Shown here: piece by piece, positions 19,476-26,341 of the stretch
Numbering within the stretch: position 1 is the first letter of the stretch
Layout: every line of letters starts with the position of its first letter
From: Rhodospirillales bacterium
GTDB lineage: Bacteria > Pseudomonadota > Alphaproteobacteria > UBA8366 > JADFVY01
Direction: 5' to 3'
Length of the DNA stretch: 64,000 nt
Assembly: GCA_020356105.1 (NCBI GenBank)
Contig: CP070634.1
Coordinates: 2,555,452-2,619,451 of the forward strand
Translations under genes and position numbers: made by a program
The notes under the pieces: generated by a model
Databases searched by the model: none
Seen by the model: the letters and a program-made list of their open reading frames with translations, nothing else
Told to the model about the DNA's origin: nothing

Positions 19476-19723
19476 AGGTCGAACTGAAACTCTATGCGTC
19501 ACTGTCGCGTTTTCTGCCGCCGGGGGCCGTCGATCACAAGGCGATGGTCGAAGTGCCCGAGGGTACGACGCCGATACAACTGATCGACGACATGAAACTA
19601 CCGCGGGAATCGTGCTTTCTGGTTCTGGTGAACGGCGTTTTCGTGCCGCCGGAGGAGCGCAATACCCGGGAAATGCACGAAGGCGACGCGCTCGCGATCT
19701 GGCCGCCGATCGCGGGCGGCTAG
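19472..19723 (+). CDS. MoaD/ThiS-family sulfur-carrier-like protein with canonical C-terminal GG
   Basis: ORF 19403..19723 trimmed to ATG 19472 (ATGA overlap with the upstream stop). MKVELKLYASLSRFLP...HEGDALAIWPPIAGG, with the stop directly after GG. Confidence 0.8.
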   Translation: MKVELKLYASLSRFLPPGAVDHKAMVEVPEGTTPIQLIDDMKLPRESCFLVLVNGVFVPPEERNTREMHEGDALAIWPPIAGG

Positions 19724-19810
19724 GGTCGGCCGCCCGACACCCTGCTGTGCTCATTTTTCAGGTATGGGTTGCATGGCATCGTTCTTTGGATTACAACCTT
19801 AGGATTGTAG

Positions 19811-19828
19811 AATTAACCTTGGTTAATT
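19811..19828. promoter_or_regulatory. palindrome AATTAACC-TT-GGTTAATT in an AT-rich stretch upstream of the hemerythrin-like gene (candidate operator)
   Basis: 8-bp perfect arms with a 2-bp centre, read directly from the sequence. It lies 20-40 nt upstream of the candidate start codons at 19848 and 19869. Confidence 0.35.
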
Positions 19829-19847
19829 CGCCAGCAGTGAGGCCGAA

Positions 19848-20261
19848 TTGCAGAGTGCGGTGCCGATAGTGCCCGCTGGCTTAAGGGACGAACTGCGGAC
19901 CGGAATCGAAGATATAGACCGTGAGCGCCGAAAGCTCTTCGAGATGATCGACGGGTTGTGCGAGCGGTTCGACCGGACCCCGGCCACGGGTGCAGTCTCG
20001 GGTGATTTCGCAGCGATTTACGCTCAGGCCTCGGCTCAGTTTGCGGCCGAGGAATCGCTGATGCGCGATCGAAGCCAAGCCAATTATCGTGCGCACAAGG
20101 ACGAGCATGACCGTCTCCTCGCGTTGATCCGCAGCGTGACCGCGGCCTACGAGGACGGCGAGTGCGCCCTGTGCGGAACGAATCTCCGCGATTGCCTGGC
20201 AGTGTGGCTGACCGATCACATGCGCAAAACCGACGCGGAGCTCGCCGCCCCCGCACATTGA
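19848..20261 (+). CDS. hemerythrin-like domain protein (degenerate metal-ligand set)
   Basis: 137 aa from a TTG start (GTG 19869 is an alternative). The bacteriohemerythrin pattern is recognisable: GIEDIDRERRKLF, QFAAEESLM, YRAHKDEHDRL and WLTDHMRKTD. Confidence 0.7.
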   Translation: MQSAVPIVPAGLRDELRTGIEDIDRERRKLFEMIDGLCERFDRTPATGAVSGDFAAIYAQASAQFAAEESLMRDRSQANYRAHKDEHDRLLALIRSVTAAYEDGECALCGTNLRDCLAVWLTDHMRKTDAELAAPAH

Positions 20262-20286
20262 CCGGCGGCCTGCCACATAAGCGCAG

Positions 20287-20321
20287 CCCCGCGCCGAACT
20301 GCCGGCGCGGGGCTTTCTGTT
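20287..20321 (+). terminator. rho-independent terminator after the hemerythrin-like gene
   Basis: 10-bp GC stem, CCCCGCGCCG (20287-20296) pairing with CGGCGCGGGG (20303-20312), and a 6-nt loop. It is followed by CTTTCTGTTT. Confidence 0.8.
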
Positions 20322-20398
20322 TGGTAGCGGAGGAGGGACTCGAACCCCCGACACGCGGATTATGATTCCGCTGCTCTAACCAGCTGAGCTACTCCGCC
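20322..20398 (-). tRNA. tRNA with CAT anticodon (elongator tRNA-Met, or tRNA-Ile2 if lysidine-modified)
   Basis: The reverse complement, GGCGGAGTAGCTCAGCTGGTTAGAGCAGCGGAATCATAATCCGCGTGTCGGGGGTTCGAGTCCCTCCTCCGCTACCA, folds as a cloverleaf: 7-bp acceptor stem, GCTC/GAGC D-stem, GCGGA/TCCGC anticodon stem with loop ATCATAA, T-loop TTCGAGT and an encoded CCA. The G1-C72 pair argues against an initiator tRNA. Confidence 0.93.
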
Positions 20399-20480
20399 TT
20401 CGGAGCCGGGACGCTATAAGGCCAGAGGCTTGTACCTGTCAAGAGCGGCCAATGACATTGGAACTAATCGCCAGATCGGT

Positions 20481-21143
20481 TCAGCCGGTCCGCTCTTGCG
20501 TGACCCTTTGCGCCAGCACTGCCGCCTCCACGCGGTTGCGCACCTGCAGCTTTTCGAGAATGTTGGTCACGTAGTGCTTCACCGTCTTTTCCGCAAGCTC
20601 GAGACTGCGGGCGATCTCCTTGTTGCTGCGACCGGTGGCCAGGAGTTCGAGGATCTGGCGCTCGCGCACCGTGAGCTCGTCCAGCGGTCCGTCCTCTGCA
20701 GAGGCGTCGCTTCCCTCGTCGCGGAAATCCGCCAGCAGGCTGGCAGCCAGTGTCGGGGTGACATACGACTCCCCGCTATGGACCGCGCGCACGATGCCGA
20801 TCAGTTCGCGCGCGGTGACGCCCTTGAGGATATAGCCGCGCGCGCCCGCCTTGAGAGACTTGAGAACGTCCTCTTCATGTTCGGAGACGGTCAGCATGAC
20901 AATCCGGATCACCGGATAGCCGGCGGCGATGGCACGCGCGGCGTTCACCCCGCCCCCAGGCATGCTAACGTCGAGCAGCAGCACATCCGGCAGCAAATCG
21001 CGCGCCAGCTGGAGCGCCTCGTCGGACGAGGCCCCCTCGCCCACCACCTCGATATCGGGGTAACTGGCCAGAGTCGTGGCCACCCCCTCGCGAAACAGGG
21101 GATGATCGTCGACGACGGCGATGCGGATCTTGTCAGTGGACAT
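20481..21143 (-). CDS. NarL/FixJ-family response regulator (REC + LuxR-type HTH)
   Basis: ORF 20481..21242 trimmed to ATG 21143. MSTDKIRIAVVDDHPLFREG...DVLLLDVSMPGG is the REC domain. The C-terminal LTVRERQILELLATGRSNKEIARSLELAEKTVKHYVTNILEKL is the HTH. Confidence 0.92.
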   Translation of the reverse strand: MSTDKIRIAVVDDHPLFREGVATTLASYPDIEVVGEGASSDEALQLARDLLPDVLLLDVSMPGGGVNAARAIAAGYPVIRIVMLTVSEHEEDVLKSLKAGARGYILKGVTARELIGIVRAVHSGESYVTPTLAASLLADFRDEGSDASAEDGPLDELTVRERQILELLATGRSNKEIARSLELAEKTVKHYVTNILEKLQVRNRVEAAVLAQRVTQERTG

Positions 21144-22563
21144 ATTCGTGCTCGCCCGGCTGCCGCGGCAGTTCCGCATGAATCCGCGTGCCCCGCCCCG
21201 GGGCCGCGTCGACCTGGAAAACTCCGCCCATGCTCTCGACACGCTGGCGCATACCCTCGAGCCCGAGACGGCCGTTGCCGACCGTCAGGCCGGCCGGATC
21301 GAATCCGGCCCCGCCATCGACCACATCGACGATCAGACGGCCATGGGCCTGCGCAACCTCGACACGCTGGTCCTTGCCGCCGGCGTGACGGTAGGCGTTG
21401 TTCAGCGCCTCCTGCACGACGCGGTAAACGGTGATCTTGACGGGCAGGCTGGCATCCTCCGGCAGGCTTCGCAGATCCAGCGCGACCTTCGTGTTCGAGC
21501 GCAACTCGTGGCCGCGCACCACGCGCTGCAGCGTCTCCTGGAGCGTCAGTTCGTCAAGCTCGGGCAGGATCAGTCCGGTGGATAGCTTGCGGATTTCCTC
21601 GAGAGCGTCGTGTACCGAGCGCTGGACAGTGATCAGATCCCGGTTCGCCTGCTTCAGCGTCTGCTTGTCGCAGCTGCATCCCGACGTGTGCTCCATAACC
21701 GCGTCCAGCCGCAACACCGCCAGGCCAAGGGCCTGCGCCGGTCCATCGTGCAACTCCGCGCTGATCCGCCGGAGCAAGTTTTCGTTGCGGGCGGTCGTGC
21801 CGCTGGCGGCGCGGCGCACGCGCTCGCTAAGGTCGCGGTTCTCAGCCAGTAGATCTGTCAGTTGACGAACCTTCGCACCCAGCTCGCGCTGCTGCCGAAC
21901 GATGGTATCGCTGCCGCGTCGGACAATCCCGGCAAGTACGATGTACACCGCCAACGCCGCCAGTCCCAGGGTCAGCCAGCCGTACAGCCGGGTCCGCCAG
22001 ATCTGCGCGTCGAGATGCTCGACCGACTGGTAGAACTCCGCGACGGCGATGATCTCGTCGCTGTCCGCACGCCAGATCGGGCTGTAGGTCTCGAGCAGGC
22101 GGTCGCCGAACCGCTTCTCGCCGGCGTGTTCATCCTCGCTGAGTGTCGAGATCTCCGTCGCCACGGCGCCGTTCCAGGCGCGTTCCGCATTTTCCCCGAT
22201 ATCGAAGGTCTGGCCCATCACGCTCCGGTCGACGCTGTACACGACCCGGCCCTCGGGACTCCAGATCTTGAAGGACAGCACGTAGCGGCCGAGCGGTGTC
22301 TCCTTGATCAGCGCATCGAGGCGGGCGACGTTCTTCTCGCGGATCTCGTCACCGGTTGCAAGATCCTGAACCAGCGGCGCGACAAAGCTATTCATATAGA
22401 GCGCCGTAGTCGCCGACGTCTCGTTGACAACTCCGGCCTCGATCTCGCGTCCGATCCACCAGCCGATGCCGATCGTGCAGCAGACCAGGATCACGAAGCT
22501 GGCCAGCATGTATTGCCGGGCCAGATTGAGTCGCGTGAAGATCGCTCCGGGCAGAGCCGTCAT
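21133..22563 (-). CDS. sensor histidine kinase (HisKA_3/NarX-DegS type) with a periplasmic sensor domain of about 170 aa
   Basis: ORF 21133..22659 trimmed to ATG 22563 (MTALPGAIFTRLNLARQYMLASFVILVCC...). Two TM segments flank a periplasmic region. The H-box is ISAELHDGPAQAL, and the HATPase motifs are EALNNAYRHA and DGGAGF. It overlaps the RR start by 11 nt. Confidence 0.88.
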   Translation of the reverse strand: MTALPGAIFTRLNLARQYMLASFVILVCCTIGIGWWIGREIEAGVVNETSATTALYMNSFVAPLVQDLATGDEIREKNVARLDALIKETPLGRYVLSFKIWSPEGRVVYSVDRSVMGQTFDIGENAERAWNGAVATEISTLSEDEHAGEKRFGDRLLETYSPIWRADSDEIIAVAEFYQSVEHLDAQIWRTRLYGWLTLGLAALAVYIVLAGIVRRGSDTIVRQQRELGAKVRQLTDLLAENRDLSERVRRAASGTTARNENLLRRISAELHDGPAQALGLAVLRLDAVMEHTSGCSCDKQTLKQANRDLITVQRSVHDALEEIRKLSTGLILPELDELTLQETLQRVVRGHELRSNTKVALDLRSLPEDASLPVKITVYRVVQEALNNAYRHAGGKDQRVEVAQAHGRLIVDVVDGGAGFDPAGLTVGNGRLGLEGMRQRVESMGGVFQVDAAPGRGTRIHAELPRQPGEHEYVH

Positions 22564-22842
22564 CGTTGCGGGTTCTTCCAAGCTATTGAAAGGTCGAAGA
22601 GTACCGGCCATGCTCGGTGCATGGCAAGTCGGACCAAAGTCTGATGCCCCTGGCACCAAATGCCCCTGTCGATGGTCTTGGGGCGATTGGACTTAAAATT
22701 CCCAAAACATCCAACTTCCGCCCCTTCATGCTATGCAGCGCACAGGTGCATGATCCGGTCATACCTTGGTTAACGGCAAGGTGGCGATCCCGGAAACGGA
22801 AGCCGGGCTCGGGCAAGGACCAGATCAAGAGAGGGCTACACC

Positions 22843-23265
22843 ATGACGAGCAACACGACATATTTTTTCAAGACCGCCTTTGCGCTGATGACGCTGGGCA
22901 TCTTCGCTTTCATCGTTTCGGCGCCGCTGACGCTGCACAACGGCGTTCTAGCCGAAAAAGCCGCTTATGCCGCCAAGGGCAAGGGTTCCGAGGGCACCGG
23001 CGAGGCCAACGACGATGCCGATGACGGCACCGCGGATCAGGGCGGCGGCAACGACGACGACGGGCCGGATGCACCCGATGCCGGCGACGATGACGGCACC
23101 GCCGACCAGGGCGGCGGCAACGACGATGACGGGCCGGATGCACCGGATGCCGGCGACGATGACGGCACCGCCGACCAGGGCGGCGGCAACGACGACGACG
23201 GGCCGGATGCACCGGATGCCGGCGACGATGACGGCACCGCCGACCAGGGCCCCGGCGACAACTGA
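22843..23265 (+). CDS. membrane-anchored or secreted Asp/Gly-rich tandem-repeat protein
   Basis: 140 aa. There is an N-terminal hydrophobic helix (FFKTAFALMTLGIFAFIVSAPL), then 3.5 copies of the 23-aa unit DDGTADQGGGNDDDGPDAPDAGD. The gene is divergent from the kinase gene. Confidence 0.7.
   Translation: MTSNTTYFFKTAFALMTLGIFAFIVSAPLTLHNGVLAEKAAYAAKGKGSEGTGEANDDADDGTADQGGGNDDDGPDAPDAGDDDGTADQGGGNDDDGPDAPDAGDDDGTADQGGGNDDDGPDAPDAGDDDGTADQGPGDN
23020..23262 (+). repeat. 69-bp tandem repeat, 3.5 copies (units start at 23020, 23089, 23158 and 23227), in frame within the CDS
   Basis: Read directly from the sequence. Copies differ at only a few synonymous positions, for example GCGGATCAG vs GCCGACCAG and GACGACGAC vs GACGATGAC. 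Confidence 0.95.
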
Positions 23266-23598
23266 GCGACTGTTTGACGGAACGACCCGGGCGCGACACC
23301 CACCCAAACCCTGATCGCGCCCGGGTGGCCGTCGAGCGAAGGCGGGGTCGGAATTACCCGGCCATGTCCGCAGTTCCGGGTCGACGCATTTAACCGATGT
23401 TGCCCCGGAGCAAGTCCCGGAACAGACTTCCCCCTGTACGGGATCGACGCGGATACGGTGTGTCAGGGTCGTCACGAAACAGGACGAACCGGGTAGGCAC
23501 AATAATACGGCCCGCGCACGCTCGGCGGCTTCGGCGCCGGCAATGACTCCCCAGCCGGCGACCAACATGCCTCCATTCCCTGGAAGCAGCACCTTCCC

Positions 23599-23628
23599 GC
23601 CCGGCCCATCGGCCGGGCGCTTTTTTTT
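23599..23628 (+). terminator. strong plus-strand rho-independent terminator (GCCCGGCC-CATC-GGCCGGGC followed by T8)
   Basis: 8-bp GC stem with a 4-nt loop, then GC and TTTTTTTT (23621-23628). It lies 334 nt after the repeat-protein stop and 3 nt from the mnmA stop on the other strand. Confidence 0.75.
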
Positions 23629-23631
23629 GGC

Positions 23632-24753
23632 TCAGTGCCGCGCGCGTCGAATCCAGCCGCCGCCGAGCACGCGCGCGCCATCATAGACCACGCAGGCCTG
23701 GCCGGGCGAGACGCCGAACGCCGGCTCATCCAGGATGACCTCCGCGCCGCACGGCCCCGTCGCGCGCACGGTCGCACCGACAGGCGCCATCGTCGAGCGC
23801 AGCTTGACCTCCGCCCAACGGCCGTCGACCGGGACCGCGCCCTCGCCAAGCCAGTTGACCTCATCGAGTGCGATCCGGTCGCAGGCCAGCGCCGCGCGCG
23901 GTCCGACCACGACGCGGCGGACGTCCGGCTCGAGCCGCACCACATAGAGCGGCTCGGTCGAATCCGTGCGCCCGCCGATGCCTAGTCCCCTGCGCTGGCC
24001 GATGGTGTAGTTGACGATGCCGTCGTGACGACCGAGCACCCGACCGTCGAGGTCGACGATCTCGCCGGGGTCTCCGGCCTCGGGGCGCAGCTTCTCGACG
24101 ATGCCGGCATAGCCGCCGTCGGGCACGAAGCAAATGTCCTGGCTGTCGGGCTTGGCCGCCACCGGCAGGGCCAGCCGCTCGGCCAGCGCCCGGGTCTCCG
24201 CCTTGGCAAGACCGCCGAGCGGGAAGCGCAGGTATTCGAGCTGGTCCGCCGTGGTGGCAAACAGGAAATAGCTCTGGTCCTTGGTCGGGTCGGCGGCGCG
24301 GTGCAGTTCCGGCCCGTCCGCCCCGGCGACGCGCTGCACGTAATGCCCGGTTGCCAGCGCGGCGGCGCCGAGATCGCGCGCCGTCGCCAGCAGATCGCGG
24401 AACTTCACGGTCTGGTTGCAGCGCACGCAGGGTATCGGCGTCTCGCCGCGCAAGTAAGAATCCGCGAAGTCCTCGATCACCGACTCGCGAAACCGACTTT
24501 CATAGTCGAGCACGTAATGGGGAATGCCGATCCGGTCCGCAACCGCGCGCGCATCATGGATGTCCCGACCGGCGCAGCAGGCACCCTTGCGACCGATGGC
24601 GACGCCGTGATCGTAAAGCTGCAGCGTGATGCCGACGACGTCGTATCCGGCCTCGGCCAGGAGCCCGGCCGTCACCGACGAATCAACGCCGCCCGACATG
24701 GCAACCACGACACGCGCACCGGGCGCGGGCATGCTATGGAGTTCGAGGGGCAT
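23632..24753 (-). CDS. mnmA: tRNA-specific 2-thiouridylase
   Basis: 373 aa. PP-loop [13 protein letters not shown], then [10 protein letters not shown]...[14 protein letters not shown]...IPHYVLDYE and [10 protein letters not shown]. Confidence 0.93.
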   Translation of the reverse strand: MPLELHSMPAPGARVVVAMSGGVDSSVTAGLLAEAGYDVVGITLQLYDHGVAIGRKGACCAGRDIHDARAVADRIGIPHYVLDYESRFRESVIEDFADSYLRGETPIPCVRCNQTVKFRDLLATARDLGAAALATGHYVQRVAGADGPELHRAADPTKDQSYFLFATTADQLEYLRFPLGGLAKAETRALAERLALPVAAKPDSQDICFVPDGGYAGIVEKLRPEAGDPGEIVDLDGRVLGRHDGIVNYTIGQRRGLGIGGRTDSTEPLYVVRLEPDVRRVVVGPRAALACDRIALDEVNWLGEGAVPVDGRWAEVKLRSTMAPVGATVRATGPCGAEVILDEPAFGVSPGQACVVYDGARVLGGGWIRRARH

Positions 24754-25102
24754 GGCGCGTATATAGGCATATCAGGCTCTAGGGCAACTGCTCAACGCGT
24801 TGGGTCCATCAGACTCGCGAGCCAGGTTCTGCGGCCCAATCGCCCGCCTGGACGCGTCGGACCGGCTCAGAGTTGCCGCCGCACGGCAAATGACCGGGCG
24901 GACTCGAGGCGGCTGCTGGCCTGACCGGTCTCTGCATCGCGGCGCGCACCACGCGGCGCAACGGTCTGCGATAACGCTATCTTAACGCAAGCTGTAGCAG
25001 GTTGTGGCGACGGTTTCTCCGGCCGTTCGGCTGTTCATTAAGGCGTGCGCCGGCGGGCGGGCATGCCGGCACGGCCTTGTCGCAACAACGGGTACGCCAC
25101 CG

Positions 25103-26323
25103 ATGAACCGAAGCAGGCCCGGCGCCTTCGAGATATCAGAAAGTTCTGCCGCGGCCGTAGCGATCGGCTGGCGCAAGAGTATCAGCGCTGCCGGACTCCT
25201 GGTCGCGGTCGCCACCTTGGTACTCGCCCTCAACATCGCCTACCAGTTCCTGATCTCGTATCCCGGCGACAGCCTGCGGGATTTCGGCAGTTTTTACGAG
25301 TCGGGCCGGGCAGCCCTCGAGAGCCGCAATCCCTACGCCATCCACGAGCAATCGTACCGAGTCGAAATCAAGCATTTCACTGGCGCCAACCCGAATCTCA
25401 ACCCGCCGGCCTCGCTGCTGGTGATGGCCCCCCTGTCGCTCCTCGATCCGGCAGTAACGTACCGACTGCTGTGGTGGGGGTCGCTGGGCGGTTTTCTCGC
25501 CGTATTATTCTACCTTGCGCGCAGCTATCAGCCGACCGGTGGCCGCTGGCTGATCCTGTGGGCGCTCTCCCTGCCGGGGTTCTGGGGGACGCTGTTTTTG
25601 GGCCAGATCTACGTTCCCCTGATGATCGCGGCGTCAGCAGCGTGGATCCTGCAGGACCGCGGACGCCTCGTCGAGGCCGGCCTGCTGATCGGGTTGGTCG
25701 CCGCGTTCAAGCCGAACTTTCTGGTCTGGCCGGCGCTACTGTTCATGGCCGGGCACCGCCGCACCGCCCTCGCGGCCTTATTCGGCTTTGCGGCGCTCTC
25801 GGCCGCGCCGATCCTGCTGTTCGGCGCCGACGTGTACCGGCAATGGTGGGAAATGCTGATCGCCGACAATCCCGGTCGGTTGCTGTGGGTGACGAACATG
25901 TCGGTCATTGCCTATGCGGGGCGTCTCGATGTCCCGTGGCTCGGCAGATTCATCGCGGCAGCGCTGCTGCTGGGGAGTGCCTGGTGGGCCTGGCGATATC
26001 GGCCAGACCGCCGAGAGGCCGGCGCGGCAGCCCTGTTCATCGGCCTCCTGGCTTCGCCGGTCGCCTGGATCCATTACGCGCTGTTCCTGCTGCCGCCCCT
26101 GTTCAGTGTGCGCTGGTCGCGGGCGATGATGGCGGGCGCCCTGCTCCTGGCGACACCACGGCTCGTCTCCAACGCGCTGTTCGAGGGACCAACCTGGGTC
26201 GAGGTGACGTTCGGTTCGGTCTATATCTGGGGTTTACTGACGCTGGCTGTGCCGCTGGCATGGCAGATCCTGCGCCGCGACGGAACGGCTTTTGCCCGCA
26301 TGGCAGTGGGCGAGGGTCGGTAG
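25103..26323 (+). CDS. GT87/DUF2029-family polytopic glycosyltransferase (polyprenyl-phosphate-sugar dependent, PimE-like)
   Basis: ORF 25004..26323 trimmed to ATG 25103 (MNRSRPGAF...). About 10 TM helices. The first loop, GDSLRDFGSFYESGRAALESRNPY, matches the conserved Asp/Tyr loop of DUF2029. Confidence 0.7.
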   Translation: MNRSRPGAFEISESSAAAVAIGWRKSISAAGLLVAVATLVLALNIAYQFLISYPGDSLRDFGSFYESGRAALESRNPYAIHEQSYRVEIKHFTGANPNLNPPASLLVMAPLSLLDPAVTYRLLWWGSLGGFLAVLFYLARSYQPTGGRWLILWALSLPGFWGTLFLGQIYVPLMIAASAAWILQDRGRLVEAGLLIGLVAAFKPNFLVWPALLFMAGHRRTALAALFGFAALSAAPILLFGADVYRQWWEMLIADNPGRLLWVTNMSVIAYAGRLDVPWLGRFIAAALLLGSAWWAWRYRPDRREAGAAALFIGLLASPVAWIHYALFLLPPLFSVRWSRAMMAGALLLATPRLVSNALFEGPTWVEVTFGSVYIWGLLTLAVPLAWQILRRDGTAFARMAVGEGR

Positions 26324-26341
26324 CTGTCGACGGCCGGCCGC

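Noticed and set aside
22644-22668. Perfect TGGCAC hexamer (22651-22656) upstream of the acidic-repeat gene, as a possible sigma54 -24 element.
   Set aside because: The only downstream TGC gives a GG-to-GC spacing one nucleotide too short for the strict sigma54 geometry. The adjacent regulator is a NarL-type protein, not an enhancer-binding protein. I kept only the 9-bp direct repeat as an observation.
23020-23262. Regular 69-bp repeats that could superficially suggest a CRISPR array.
   Set aside because: The units are directly contiguous with no spacers. They are in frame within a CDS and encode a 23-aa peptide repeat. No cas genes or leader sequence are present.
20322-23631. Possibility that the tRNA-CAT marks a genomic-island insertion carrying the two-component system and the repeat protein.
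   Set aside because: I see no integrase, excisionase or transposase gene, no obvious duplicated tRNA 3' segment, and no GC shift across the region. This cannot be excluded without comparative genomics.
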